Positions 1-13,711 of a DNA stretch of 64,000 bases are shown here, in pieces. Each line of letters begins with the position of its first letter. Positions within the stretch are counted from its first letter, which is position 1. Location: positions 212,846,001 through 212,910,000 of the forward strand of contig OZ024741.1 in the NCBI GenBank assembly GCA_964016885.1, read 5' to 3'. Made by a program: the position numbers and the translations under genes. Origin of the DNA: Eledone cirrhosa (taxonomy: Eukaryota). The notes beneath the pieces were generated by a model. It had not been told where the DNA came from. It did not search any database and saw nothing but the letters and a program-made list of their open reading frames with translations.

Positions 1-2417
1 AGGTCTCCTCTTTTCAACCAGTTCCATGTCTGTGGATCTCTAAATTCAGTTTTCTCAAAGAAGGTACTATGAAGGGATTTTTCCTGAAGGCTGCTCTTTC
101 TCCTTGATGTTATTTCCTCCTTGGACATCCCCTGGCCTACTGTCCCCTCCTTCAGTACAGTTCTGAGCATTGGCTCCTTACTATAGGTCACGTATTTGTA
201 TAGGTTGTTTTTCTCCATCTGAACACAGTCCTCTATGCTGATAAGACCTCTTCCACCCTCAGATCTCCTTAGGTAGAGTCTATCGACATCACTCCTCTTG
301 TGGAACATGTTGTAGATAGTCAATAGCTTCCTAGTCTTCCTATCCATTTCTTTTTGTTCAGCAACATTCCATCTCAGAATTCCCGCACTGTACCTAATAA
401 TAGACACAGCTCGGGAATTTACTGCACTTATGGCATTTCTGCTGTTCAGATGTGACTTCAATACGCTCCTTACTCTCCGAATGTATTCAGTTCTTAACAA
501 TTCCTTCATTTTTTTGTTCTTTATGCCATCAGCCTCCAGAACGCCCAAATACTTGTATCCTTCCTCAGAGTCAATTTCCTTTATCATCTCACCTGTTGGT
601 ATCTGGATCCCGTTACTTCTGCTCAACCTACCACTCCTCATCACAATGACTCCACATTTACCAATACCAAACTGCATACATATATCACTGCTGAAAATAC
701 GGACAGTGTCAACAAGCACATCCAACTCCTTCTCACTTTTCCCGAAGAGCTTAAGATCGTCCATGAAGAGGAGGTGATTGATGGTAAGCTCTCCCCTTCC
801 CAACTTGTATCCTGCTCTCACTTTTCGCAGCATAATGGTCAAGGGCATCGGGGCAAGGACAAACAACAGAGGGGACAGGCTATCTCCCTGGAAGATACCT
901 CTCTTGATCTTCACGCTTCCCAAGGATACTCCAGTTGATGTCAACTCTGTCTCCCAGGACCCCATACTCCTGCCCAGCAACTGTCTGATGTTATCTGCCA
1001 CCCTGAAGATCTCCAGGCTTTTGGTGATCCAGGAATGAGGCACCATGTCAAATGCCTTTCTGTAGTCTATCCATCCCATGGCAAGATCAGTGTGTCTCCT
1101 CCTGCAATTCCCCATTACCATCTTATCAATAAGCAACTGGTCCTTTGTACCACGTGACTTCTTTCGGCATCCTTTCTGTTCGTCCGGTAACAAGTTGTTT
1201 GTGTGGAGGTGATGGTAGATTTCCTCAGACACAATGCTCGTCAACAGTTTCCACATTACGGGCAGACATGTGATAGGTCTATAGTTGGTAACATCATTAC
1301 CCTTGATTCGGTCTTTCATTATCAGAACTGTGGTACCTTTTGTCAACCACTCTGGCACCTCACCCGACACCAAGCAGTCATTGAACATGGCCGTCAGCTT
1401 CGGGTGGAGGGATGTTAAATGTTTAATCCAATACCCCTGCACCTCCATCTGGGCCTGGTGATTTCCAGTTGGTTAGTTTTTTGGCTTGCCCCTTAAGAGT
1501 TTCAACTGTGATACTCAAATCAGTCTGTTGCTGTGCCTGCTCACCGATCTCCCTCTGTACTGTCTCAATCCACCCTGCCTGGGCATTGTGTCTAACATCC
1601 TGCTCCCATATTCCTCTCCAGAATGTTTTAGCTTGTTCCGCCCCAGGGATCAAGTCGTTGCCTCTTTCTTTCCCCTCAAGCTGTCCAAACAGCATCTTCT
1701 GGTTGTTGTCGAACATGCGGTTCTGTTTATACTGACTGACTCTGTTCTCGTATCGCCTGATTTTGGCACTCTTTGCTACAATGCGTTGCTTCAATTCCTC
1801 TATGATAATATTTAGGTTTTTACTCCTAGTTTTGTATTTTATTTCCAGTCTATTTTTAGTGCCTATGTTTTTTAGTGTCCCATTCAGTAGTGACTCAAGC
1901 TTTCCTATGTCATTCCTCATTTCCCCGATTTGCCCACTCAGTCGCTTCTTCCACCACGGCTCTGCTCTTTCTTGTCTGTTGTTTCCTCTCGCTTTTATAC
2001 CAAGTAGTTTCCTCACCGTATTTGCTGTTGCTTTGAGGATATTGTTGCACTGGTGAAGACTCCTCGCCTCAAGGTATGGGATGACTTTGTTTACCTTAGC
2101 TGTTGTTTCTTTTAACTTTTTCCTGTCTACAAATCTTAGGTTCATAGGTATCCCACTATCATTGTTCAATTCATCTACCACTAAATTTAGGATGTCAACC
2201 GAATCTTGTCCTAGCCCGTCAGCATTCATCTCCTCAGTGGCCGTATCTCTGTTCCAGGTATTATTTATCTCAGTATTCAGATCATTGTCTGCTTCGGGTG
2301 GTTCCTCCGTTCTCAGGACCTCTTCACCTTCATTTCCCACTGGCTCGCTTGTCTGGCATACTACACCCGCCATCTCCAAGCCATTCTCTCTGCTCAGTTC
2401 CTCCAGTTCCAGCTCGC

Positions 2418-2418
<1 letters not shown>
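1..2418 (-). mobile_element. R4/Dong-like non-LTR retrotransposon (RLE type), copy 1; 5'-truncated, frameshifted, runs off the window start
   Basis: Near-identical to 2572-4408. ORF 1423-2499 has PWWKKRL...RRY...QNRMF and NWKSPGPDG, followed by RT sequence matching ORF 2537-3439. The 5' end abuts (TAA)n at 2419. Confidence 0.9.
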
Positions 2419-2470
<52 letters not shown>

Positions 2471-2481
2471 GTTATTGTTAT
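2419..2481. repeat. (TAA)n/(ATT)n microsatellite, the target or tail of the Dong-like LINE
   Basis: Direct reading; lies between the two LINE copies. Confidence 0.95.
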
Positions 2482-4760
2482 TCCTTGAATCTCAGTCATT
2501 GATGTTGGTTAACTGGAAAGTCCGTTGGATTGAATATCAAGCCACTACCTGCAGCCTCAGATATTCAGATATTATCATCTCACCTGTTGGTATCTGGATC
2601 CCGTTACTTCTGCTCAACCTGCCCCTCTTCATCACAATGACTCCACATTTACCAATACCAAACTGCATACATATATCACTGCTTAAAATACGGACAGTGT
2701 CAACAAGCACATCCAACTCCTTCTCACTTTTCCCGAAGAGCTTAAGATCGTCCATGAAGTGGAGGTGATTGATGGTAAGCTCTCCCCTTCCCAACTTGTA
2801 TCCTGCTCTCACTTTTCGCAGCATAATGGTCAAGGGCATCAGGGCAAGGACAAACAACAGAGGGGACAGGCTATCTCCCTGGAAGATACCTCTCTTGATC
2901 TTCACGCTTCCCAAGGATACTCCAGTTGATGTCAACTCTGTCTCCCAGGACCCCATACTCTTGCCTAGCAACTGTCTGATGTTATCTGCCACCCTGAAGA
3001 ACTCCAGGCTTTTGGTGATCCAGGAATGAGGCACCATGTCAAATGCCTTTCTGTAGTCTATCCATCCCATGGCAAGATCAGTGTGTCTCCTCCTGCAATT
3101 CCCCATTACCATCTTATCAATAAGTAACTGGTCCTTTGTACCACGTGACTTCTTTCGGCATCCTTTCTGTTCGTCCGGTAACAAGTTGTTTGTGTGGAGG
3201 TGATGGTAGATTTCCTCAGACACAATGCTCGTCAACAGTTTCCACATTACGGGCAGACATGTGATAGGTCTATAGTTGGTAACATCATTACCCTTGATTC
3301 GGTCTTTCATTATCAGAACTGTGGTACCTTTTGTCAACCACTCTGGCACCTCACCCGACACCAAGCAGTCATTGAACATGGCCGTCAGCTTCGGGTGGAG
3401 GGATGTTAAATGTTTAATCCAATACCCCTGCACCTCCATCTGGGCCTGGTGATTTCCAGTTGGTTAGTTTTTTGGCTTGCCCCTTAAGAGTTTCAACTGT
3501 GATACTCAAATCAGTTTGTTGTTGTGCATGCTCACCGATCTCCCTCTGTACTGTCTCAATCCACCCTACCTGGGCATTGTGTCTAACATCCTGCTCCCAT
3601 ATTCCTCTCCAGAATGTTTTAGTTTGTTCTGCCCCAGGGATCAAGTCGTTGCCTCTTTCTTTCCCCTCAAGCTGTCCAAACAGCATCTTCTGGTTGTTGT
3701 CGAACATGCGGTTCTGTTTATACTGACTGACTCTGTTCTCGTATCGCCTGATTTTTGCACTCTTTGCTACAATGCGTTGCTTCAATTCCTCTATAATAAT
3801 ATTTAGCTTTTTACTCCTAGTTTTGTATTTTATTTCCAGTCTATTTTTAGTGCCTATGTTTTTTAGTGTCCCATTCAGTAGTGACTCAAGCTTTCCTATG
3901 TCATTCCTCATTTCCCCGATTTGCCCACTCAGTCGCTTCTTCCACCACGGCTCTGCTCTTTCTTGTCTGTTGTTTCCTCTCGCTTTTATACCAAGTAGTT
4001 TCCTCACCGTATTTGCTGTTGCTTTGAGGATATTGTTGCACTGGTGAAGGCTCCTCGCCTCAAGGTATGGGATGACTTTGTTTACCTTAGCTGTTGTTTC
4101 TTTTAACTTTTTCCTGTCTACAAATCTTAGGTTCATAGGTATCCCACTATCATTGTTCAATTCATCTACCACTAAATTTAGGATGTCAACCGAATCTTGT
4201 CCTAGCCCGTCAGCATTCATCTCCTCAGTGGCCGTATCTCTGTTCCAGGTATTATTTATCTCAGTATTCAGATCATTGTCTGCTTCGGGTGGTTCCTCCG
4301 TTCTCAGGACCTCCTCACCTTCATTTCCCGCCGGCTCGCTTGTCTGGCATACTACACCCGCCATCTCCAAGCCATTCTCTCTGCTCAGTTCCTCCAGTTC
4401 CAGCTCGCCTATCCACCCATTAGTTCTTATTACCCGAGCCTGCCCGGCCAATTTTTGTTCATCTAATTTAAATAAACCAATCTCGTTCCAGATGTTATGC
4501 ATCCGTCTCCTGTAGCCCCTCTCCTTGGGGTTACTTTTCAGGTAGCATTGCATAACAGTTCTATTCAATTCTTTCGTCCAGTTGGTTCTGGCCCCTTTCC
4601 TTCTTCTTCTTCCTCCAACATCAGCAGTATTTGGTTGACAGTCAGGTTCCTGCTACTGAGCCAGGGGGCACCTGTTGGGTGAGAGTCTGTCACATGACGT
4701 TCTAGTCTCCATTTCACCGTTATTCGAACTGTTTATGTTCGATATTTAAACACTCTTATC
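2482..4760 (-). mobile_element. R4/Dong-like LINE, copy 2; near full-length 5' part, internal deletion of RT C-terminus and endonuclease, 3' UTR retained
   Basis: ORFs 3414-4568 and 2537-3439 carry YRPITCL, EQKG, WIDYRKAFDMVPHSWI, RGIFQGDSLSPLLF and LHFMDDLKLF. Upstream ATG at 4712 is followed by an in-frame TAG. 2482-2568 matches the 3' end at 5828-5913. Confidence 0.9.
2537..3439 (-). pseudogene. Reverse transcriptase domain of the R4/Dong-like LINE (fragment)
   Basis: RT motifs A, B and C (DYRKAFD, QGDSLSP, FMDD). Separated from the N-terminal part by a frameshift near 3435. Confidence 0.9.
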
Positions 4761-5795
4761 GAGGATTGGCGAATGTATGTTTACATAGCCATCTGTGGAT
4801 CCGCCATCCCACTTGGCCCTTGTGTGGCATTATCACCACGCTGTATACGAACACACATAAACAAACAAACACACGGGCAGAAAGGGCCCCAAAAATGAAT
4901 AAGCATAAGTTTCATTGTAATGTAGTATTCGAATGTCTGACTTAGTTTTTGTTTTTTAAGTTTTACTTTTTCCCCCCTCTTCTCTGTCCGTCCGCCTGCT
5001 TCTCTCTTCATTCTTATTTTCTTTACGTTTTTGGGGTTTCTTTTTTTGTTTTTGTTTTTCTCTGTTTGTTTTTCTCGTTTTTTGCTGTTGTTGCTTTGCT
5101 GCTTTGGTTTTGTTGTTTGTTTTTTCTTTTTTCTTTTGAGTCTATCTATATATTTTGATGCCTTCCTCTTTGTTAGTAGTAGGATTTCTATAATGTGGAA
5201 GTGGCAGCCAGCAGGGAGAAGTGGGAGACTGGCGGCGTTGGCGATACTGAGACAGTGGTGGTGGTGATGTCGATACCGAGGCAGTGGTGGCGGTGATGCG
5301 ACCGTATTACTGTAGTGATGGTGCTGTAGCGGTGGCAGCAGCAGTGAAGGAGTCAGGGGGTGGTGGCGGCGGTGATGGGATAGTGGTGGTAATGATGGCC
5401 GTAGTGAGCGGTGGCGGTGAAGGTGAAAATGCTGTTGTGTTTAGTGTACACAGATGATGGGGTGGGTGGTGTATCTAGTTTCTGGTGTTGGTGAGTTTAG
5501 CTGTCCTATATAGTGTAGCTAGAGGAGAGGAGGGGGGGGGGGGTTCTTCTTCTTCCATTTATAGCCATTTTTTTTTTTTTTTTGGATATACAGTGTACAA
5601 TACAAAGTTAAATATTTGAATATTTGAGCCTTATAACAATATATTTTGGGTCCGAATTTTTTTGGGCTCAAGCCGGGTGCTTTACGTAGCATTTGTACTA
5701 AGAGTTGTTATTTCACAAATGATTTAAATATGTTAAAAATTCAAAACTTACGGGAGCGATTTCATGACCTCCGTCACCTCGTGCGTCTTCTTCCT

Positions 5796-6037
5796 ATTAT
5801 TATTATTATTATTATTATTGTTGTTATTCCTTGAATCTCAGTCATTGATGTTGGTTAACTGGAAAGTCCGTTGGAATGAATATCAAGCCACTACCTGCAG
5901 CCTCAGATATTCAGGACGTATCGGAGGGTTCTTGCTGTTCCAAGCAAGCATGCCTTTTGAAGCGTTCCAAAAAGCGTGACGGGGCCGATTTTCTTTAACC
6001 ATCCCTGGAAACTTTTGGAGATAGTCCCCAGTGCGCC

Positions 6038-6067
<30 letters not shown>
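5796..6067 (-). mobile_element. 3'-terminal fragment of the same Dong-like LINE, flanked by (TAA)n on both sides
   Basis: Encodes IGALGTISK...LQKACLLGTARTLRYVLNI*, a typical R4/Dong C-terminus, then the same 3' UTR as 2482-2568. Confidence 0.88.
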
Positions 6068-6069
<2 letters not shown>

Positions 6070-6184
6070 CTTGCATTAAACTGTATTTACACTCCTTATT
6101 CCGTACATTAAACTGCAACTATGTTGACAATCTTTAAATAATGTCTTCCTTGTGAAATTTGTGGTCTTGTTTTGCTTAACTAAG

Positions 6185-6269
<85 letters not shown>

Positions 6270-7453
6270 TGTATATATATATTTATGTGTGTGTGTGTGT
6301 GTGTGTATGTGCATATGTGCATGTGTGTGTGCATATGTGCATATGTGAGTGTATATATATATATATATGATATGTATATATGTATGTATATGTATGTATA
6401 TATACATACAAATGTAGCTCTTTATCACTTTCTTACTCACTCTCTTTATTCCCCATCCATTCTCTCTCCTTCAGCCATACCGTTCCTTGCTCTCAATCTT
6501 CTCATTTTTAAAGCTTCTCAGACATACATACATACAATAAAACATGTCGGTTACTATTCTATTTACTTTCGATCGTCTGCTTTATATATTTTTTCCATTG
6601 AACGCAGTTATTGTCAAATAAAGGCTCAGAAGCCGTAAGGCAGAAAAAGATATTTAAAATTAGTATCGTTCTGTTCGGTATTTTAAGGGCTCTTCAACAG
6701 ACAGAACCATGTTTTATGTTCGGAAAAAAATAACAAAACTTGAAGAGGTTCTACTAAGAAGCAGAATACATTTTGAGGGGGAAAAATGAAGATCCGAAAC
6801 TGGAAAAATACAGTAAATAAAAATAATGAAAGGGTGTGGATATAAAAAGGAATATTTGAAAGAAAAGAAAAAAAGTTTGGAAGGAGAAAGTATAAGATAT
6901 AAAATTATCAACATTACTGATTTTCAACGAAGAGGGAAACAAAATTGAGGGGAATCCTGAAGGAGGAAATTAGAAGAATGATACACGTACTATTGTAAGG
7001 GTGGTTTTAAGCGTTTATTTTAAGAGAGATTGTTGGGAGAGGAGATGATCAGACAAACAATAAAGGAAATGTATTTATTTCATAGCATACGCACACAAAC
7101 ATGTGCATGTGCATGAGTGTGCGTGCGTGTGTGTGTGTGTCTGTATATGTATATCTATTTTTACGTGTACACCTGTACTCATGTCTGATGACTCTGTGAT
7201 AAACAGTAGCAACTGGCTCGACAAGGATGAATATATATCAAATATATAAAAGCCATAAAGCAAATATTTATTAAAATAACAGATTAAAGTTTAAGCAAAG
7301 AATCGTTACTTAAGCAGCTCGACGGCTGAGCTCAGGCCGTTTCGACAGCTAGATCCGAACTAAGCCACCAGTCTGGTATTACACCCCTACTACCATAAAT
7401 ATTGAGTACTCTGGTGCGCTATGGTCCACCTGGTATCTTACTACACCCTCTTT

Positions 7454-7494
<41 letters not shown>

Positions 7495-7602
7495 TTGAGG
7501 GCGGCCGAACGACATAGAAGCTGCTAAATGATCGGTCGTCCGCTTGTCTCTGATTTTCAGCCCCATGGATTTTATCTGTTATATTCCTTTGTTATATTTT
7601 GA

Positions 7603-7660
7603 ATACCTGATGATGTCACCGGATTCATACTGAACCCGGTCATTGAAATAATCATAGTAT
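7603..7660 (+). ncRNA. Type I hammerhead ribozyme motif
   Basis: atac-CTGATGA-tgtcaccgg..ccggtcatt-GAAAT-aatc-ATA-gtat. Helix I atac/gtat, ~31-nt helix II, AUA site. (TA)n follows about 50 nt later. Confidence 0.6.
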
Positions 7661-7712
7661 AACAAACCTTTCAAGGATTTACACCAGGGGTCAGCCTACT
7701 GTTATTTTATAA

Positions 7713-7795
<83 letters not shown>

Positions 7796-8427
7796 CGTGT
7801 GCGTGTGCGTGTGTGTGCGTGTGTGCGTGTGTGTGTACATACACATATATACATACTGTATTATATAAAACACATTTGAAGATCTTTTCGACGGATGACG
7901 CACGAAGGATCAGCAACATCAGCTTGTTTCAGGAAACTCCGAGAACAAAGGAAGCTATAAGACAGCTTGCTATGTGTTTTATATAATAGAGTATATTTAA
8001 CTCTGTTTACATTGAGGGTTCTTTCTTTAGTCATGATAATCCAGTATTCAGGCAATGAAGACAGCATGAATAACGAAGAAATCTAGGGAATGGTAGAGGA
8101 GTATGTATCTGTATCAGCATATGTATATATATATAAATAGATGTATACGTATATGTGTGTGTATGTATTATATCTCTCTCCACCCCCTCTCTATCTCTCT
8201 TTCTCTCTCTATCTCTCTCTCTCTCTCTCTCTCTCCCTCTTTCTCTCTCTCTTTATATGTATATATATATATATATATATGTACACACACACGTATATGT
8301 ATATCTAGAGAGACTGGGGGAGAAATAGTGTGCATCTATGATTATATATATATATGTATGTTTGTGTATGTTTTTATATATTTACACACACTTGCATAGC
8401 CATTACTTTTCCACTCATATATATATG

Positions 8428-8534
<107 letters not shown>

Positions 8535-8573
8535 GTATATATATGTATATGTATATATGTGTATATATATATG

Positions 8574-8611
<38 letters not shown>

Positions 8612-9429
8612 TATATGTATATACATATATATATACATATATATATATATATACATATGAATATATATGTATATATGCATGCATAGAGATAGTGGGGGGG
8701 GGGGCTGTAGTATATAGATAGATAGGCAGAAATGTGTATATGTGCTTTTATGTGTCTGTTTATGTGAGAAAGTAATAGAGTGTGAGAATGTTTGAATAAT
8801 AGCGTCTCTAACATTAAGGTTAGCGAGAAACTTTTGATTTTTCGCTCACTTAACTTTCGGTAAGAAAACTCTCATAAACAATATAATAGAACAGACTTCT
8901 ATTCTTGGAGATGTCAGAGTTATTTTCGCTTGGAATTATTTCCTTTTACGCTTATAGAACATTTCAATATTGTCTCGCAAATTTGCTTATAAAAACAACG
9001 CATCGAAAAAGTCATCTGTTTTGTTATATATAGCTAGTTGATGTCAAGCCATGTAGCTGAGTGGTAAGGGTGTTGTGCTCACGATTATAAGGTTGTGGGT
9101 TCTTTTATTTCCTCATGACGCATTTGATGCGTTGTCTCCTTGAGCTCTCAACTGAAAATCAACATCACCGGCAAGTGTGAGGTAGCTGTACGTTGGACTG
9201 GCTTCCTGGCGAGGTGTGAAGGAGACATGTTCTCAGGTGGTTGGATTGATGGATTGATGGTTCCGTAACACCTGGGAGGTTCTTAGAGGCGACGTATTGG
9301 CATACATTGTTTTCAGAGCATTTTAAATCCCGGCGGAGCGCATCCCTTTCCAGGTCTGAATACAGCCTATTTCTTCCAGAAAAGGAGAGAAAGTGAACGA
9401 ATTTGAGGAAGAGATATAGAGGAACAATC

Positions 9430-9580
9430 GACCTCAGTACTAGACTGGTACTTTTTTTATCAACCTTGACTGGATGAAAGGCAAATTAGACCTCGTCAGG
9501 ATTTGAACTCAAACATCAGAGAACCGATACGAATACTGCAAAGCATTCTATACGACGTTCTTACGACTGCTAATTCGCGT
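9430..9580 (-). mobile_element. tRNA-derived SINE (main family); a related copy lies at 10270-10410 (-)
   Basis: Reverse complement of the consensus core gagttcaaatcccgccgaggttaactttgcctttcatcc...gataaaataaagtaccagt. Confidence 0.8.
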
Positions 9581-10518
9581 TTTCCTCATGTGAAACCAGT
9601 ATAAGAACCAAACATATATAAGCTTGGCAAAACGTTCGTAAAACGATAATTATAGCTATTTGTTATTTTGTTTCTTGTCGGTGGTGGTGTAATTGCTAGT
9701 GGCTGTGATACCAGATATTGTTGTTGTTGGTGATGGTTGTAGTAGAAGTAGTGTAGTCGTTGTTTGTGGTAGTAGCAATGTTTTGTTGTTAGTCGTGGTG
9801 TTATCAGTGTTGTTCTTGTTATTGCTAGTTTTACAGTTAATCGAAACAACGCTACTACATTTTCTGCATCAAACTGTGGGCCTCAATCAAGCTTCGGCTT
9901 GATATGAGTAGAGTTTTGCTATATGTTCTCTTCGGATGTGAAAGAATATTCGCACTTATTTTCTGACGAAGATCCAGCTAGTTGTGAAATATATCTATAT
10001 ATAATGGTAATCTCTAATGTCTTCTTTTTGTGAGTACAAGGAGAGAAACAAAATATGTTTACTTTTTCAGAATAGGATATACAATTTATAGCTATTAGAT
10101 TTTTTAATGTTATAAACTTTAGTTTTCTGAAAATTACCATTACCATAAATTTGTAGAACTGAGAACACTGGAGCTGTGGCTACATATTTGTAGTTTGTTA
10201 GAAGAGGATCAATTTAGTATTGATTTCTAATGTAACCACACGACCAGCAAATGTTTTGGAAAGACAGATGATTAAATCATCCACAGTACTATATTTTAAC
10301 GACCCCTGAGGAATGAAAGGCAAAGTTGACCTAAGCGAGATTTGAACCCAGAATATAAAGTACAGAACAAATAACTCGATGCTCTACAAACTCTACCAGT
10401 CGGCCACATTGGAGATCTCTTTAATATTCACACGAGTAAAGGAGTGTATATAACAACTAATCCTTCTTATAAATTATTTAGGAATTAATAGGATTGCTGC
10501 ATAAAATATTCTTATATA

Positions 10519-10660
10519 CTTTTACTGGCTTCAATCATTAGACAGTGGCTATGCTAGGGCACTGCTTTCAATGGATATAGTCGACCATAACTATCCCTCT
10601 ACTTATCCTTTCACGTCTGGTCCATATTTTATCGATCTTACTTCGTCGAGCCGCAGACAC
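10519..10660 (-). mobile_element. Decayed SINE 3' part with a LINE-like tail
   Basis: cttttactggcttcaatcattagacagtggctatgctagggcactgc resembles the LINE 3' end at 33296-33345. Confidence 0.55.
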
Positions 10661-10689
10661 CAACATTTAGGTTCACAGTCGTATATATA

Positions 10690-11222
10690 TATAAAATCAA
10701 GGTTTATCAAATAGAGAAAAAGTTTAAAAATAAATTTTTAAAAGTTCGCTGTGCTTACTCTTACCGCGCTGTTTCAAATACTAAAATAAATGGATAATCC
10801 AGGTGGACCATCATTGAGAAGGGGATTCTCGTCAGAAGGTTCTTCTCGCTCGGAGAATATAAAATTCCCGAGATCAAATCACAAACTGGCACCATACAAA
10901 ACTGTTCCCAGATGAGAGTGAATGAGGAAGGGACCAATTCTGTCTAGTGCCGTGTGTAAAGACAGGAGGCAGGGGCGGACAGGTCAATGTCCTGCCACTA
11001 GAAATAGCAGCAGTTCAAACGATCAAAAGGTTATCTCAAACTTAGGGGTGATTAATAATAATAAAGTATGTGTTCCTACGTATAAAAAATACATATAGGG
11101 ATACAATTATTATCCAACCGTATGCCAATGTGGTTCTATGGCAGGTTAATAAATTAACCAGCCAGAACATCAAGGTTTAGCAAATAGAGAAAAAGTTTTA
11201 AAATAAATTTTAAAACGTTCGC

Positions 11223-11226
<4 letters not shown>
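10690..11226 (-). mobile_element. Short non-autonomous PLE/retrozyme-like element with ~55-bp direct terminal repeats and a hammerhead motif
   Basis: tcaaggttta.caaatagagaaaaagttt...gttcgctg occurs at ~10697-10752 and ~11170-11225. Minus strand 10755-10840 reads CTGACGA...GAAAC-agcgcg-GTA. (TA)n on both flanks. Confidence 0.55.
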
Positions 11227-11271
<45 letters not shown>

Positions 11272-11334
11272 TATTTTCCGTTGTGTTGTAATCCATTCAA
11301 ATCTTTCTATATATATATATATATATACATATAT

Positions 11335-11492
11335 ACGACGGGCTTCTCTGGTTTCCGTTTACCAGATTTCAATTAAATGATATTGGTCAACCCGAAGTTA
11401 TAGAAACAGACTTCTGCGGAAGATGTTGCGATGTTGGAATAAACAAGAAACGATGCGGCTGTGAAATTCGTTAACCACACAACCATCCCTGC
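11335..11492 (-). mobile_element. Decayed SINE of a second family
   Basis: cgacgggcttctctggtttccgtttacca... with a tRNA-like head at the right end. Family recognised from memory only. Confidence 0.5.
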
Positions 11493-11544
11493 TATTATAT
11501 TATATCCATAAAAATCAGTCATAATAATATACACCATTATATGT

Positions 11545-12065
11545 GGATTGGCAGTGTCGGTAGAGGATCTGACGCGATGATTTCCAGCAAAGAGTTACGG
11601 CCCTTTGTATTCTGAGTTCAAATCCCGCCGTGGTTAACTTTGCTTTTCAGCCTTACTGGGTCGATAAAATAAAGTACCAGTAATACAGTGGGATAATTGC
11701 GTGAAATAAAGTGTCTTGCTCAAGGAAACAACATATCACACGGTCCGAGAATTGAACTCAGAACTTTTCAAATGCAAGTCCAATGCTCTAACCACTAAGC
11801 CATGCGGCTTCTCACATGAACAGAAATAACTAATCTTTGGACATTTTTTCCCATTTCTCGGCCTATATCATGCATATGAATATGTGTTAATGTATTTATG
11901 TTGGTAGGGCAGTGGATTGCAGTTTCGGTAGAGCATCGGACAACATGCTCTATGGCATCGAGTTATGGCCATTTACTATCTGAGTTCAAATCCTGCCGAA
12001 ATTAACTTTGTCTTTCATCCTTACGGGGTCAATAAAATAAAGTACCAGTAATGCACTGGGGTAAT
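11545..12065. mobile_element. SINE cluster: main family 11545-11700 (+), other tRNA-headed SINE 11700-11810 (-), main family 11905-12065 (+)
   Basis: A-box and B-box-like segments (tggcagtgtcggtagag; gagttcaaatcc). The minus copy has tggcttagtggttagagca...gagttcaattctc...ccttgagcaagacac. Confidence 0.8.
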
Positions 12066-12187
12066 TCAAACGGGCCAGCGAAGACATGTTTATAGATTGC
12101 TGAGCCACATTACACGTTAATGACATGAGGATGTTTTCACTTGATCGAACAACTATAACGCACCTCACCAGACCGACGGAGATCCAT

Positions 12188-12236
<49 letters not shown>

Positions 12237-12252
12237 CATATATACATATATA

Positions 12253-12374
<122 letters not shown>

Positions 12375-12392
12375 ATATATATATATATATAT

Positions 12393-12440
<48 letters not shown>

Positions 12441-12712
12441 ATATATATATATATATATATATATACAATATATATATATATATTGTATATATATATGATT
12501 ATCCCGGGTTCAATCGGGTGTACCCTCAGTAAGTAAGGTACTCAATACATAGCAGAATGTAAATATTTAATATAGAAATGGCTTCTACAGTACTAGAACT
12601 GTTTCATTCGGGGAAATCATCAGGAAGGCTTCCAGATGATTTCTCCCAAAATGAAACAGTTCTGGTCCTGTAGAAGCCATTTCTATATTAAATACACACA
12701 CACACGCGCACA

Positions 12713-12788
<76 letters not shown>

Positions 12789-13114
12789 GATGAATCGCCG
12801 TCAATTTTTGAGGAGGCGGGCTGACTAATATTATACAAGAAAATTTTCCGTCACTTTTAGAAAGCAATGTATAGCTAGGAGCGGAAATGAATCCCTAATG
12901 TAGGTTCGCAGTTAAGTGCATGTTACATCCGTTAAATTGGTTAGGTTAATAAAACATAAATGGATATATTGATTATAGACAGAACTCTGTACCCAAACCA
13001 AATAAGCAATTATATATATATATATTTCATGCATAATACATGATTACATGAGTGCAAGCATCCATACTTAAATGCTATTATGCCCCGATACATATTTTTC
13101 GCTCTGCATACAAG

Positions 13115-13158
<44 letters not shown>

Positions 13159-13165
13159 AATAATA

Positions 13166-13286
<121 letters not shown>

Positions 13287-13563
13287 GTATAGTTATAGCA
13301 TGTATATATATATATATGTATATGTATAGTAATAATATATATATATATTATATATATATATACATATACATACAAATTTATATGCATATATATGTATATC
13401 ATTTTTATGTGTATATTCATGTATGTAGTGTGCTTGTCTTATATGCAGATGTATGTATAAGACAAGTGTATATTTTTGCACGTATGTTTTCAAGAATGTG
13501 TTCTTATGTATACATTATATACGACACAGTATTCTACAATTACTGGCGTAATATAGGTATGTA

Positions 13564-13604
<41 letters not shown>

Positions 13605-13629
13605 CCTCATGTGCATGTATATATGTATG

Positions 13630-13711
<82 letters not shown>

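Noticed and set aside
430-4515. Plus-strand ORFs over the Dong-like LINEs, and antisense ORFs over the RTE and CR1-group elements
   Set aside because: Antisense shadows of retrotransposon coding sequence with no independent motifs.
4760-4845. HDV-like ribozyme at the Dong-like 5' end
   Set aside because: A GC-rich hairpin is present, but I could not build the nested double pseudoknot by eye.
7861-7987. Hairpin with GAAAAGATCTTC on the minus strand
   Set aside because: Has the 3' half of a hammerhead but no correctly placed CUGANGA core.
9955-10010. Hammerhead candidate CTGACGA...GAAAT
   Set aside because: Helix I and helix II do not pair convincingly.
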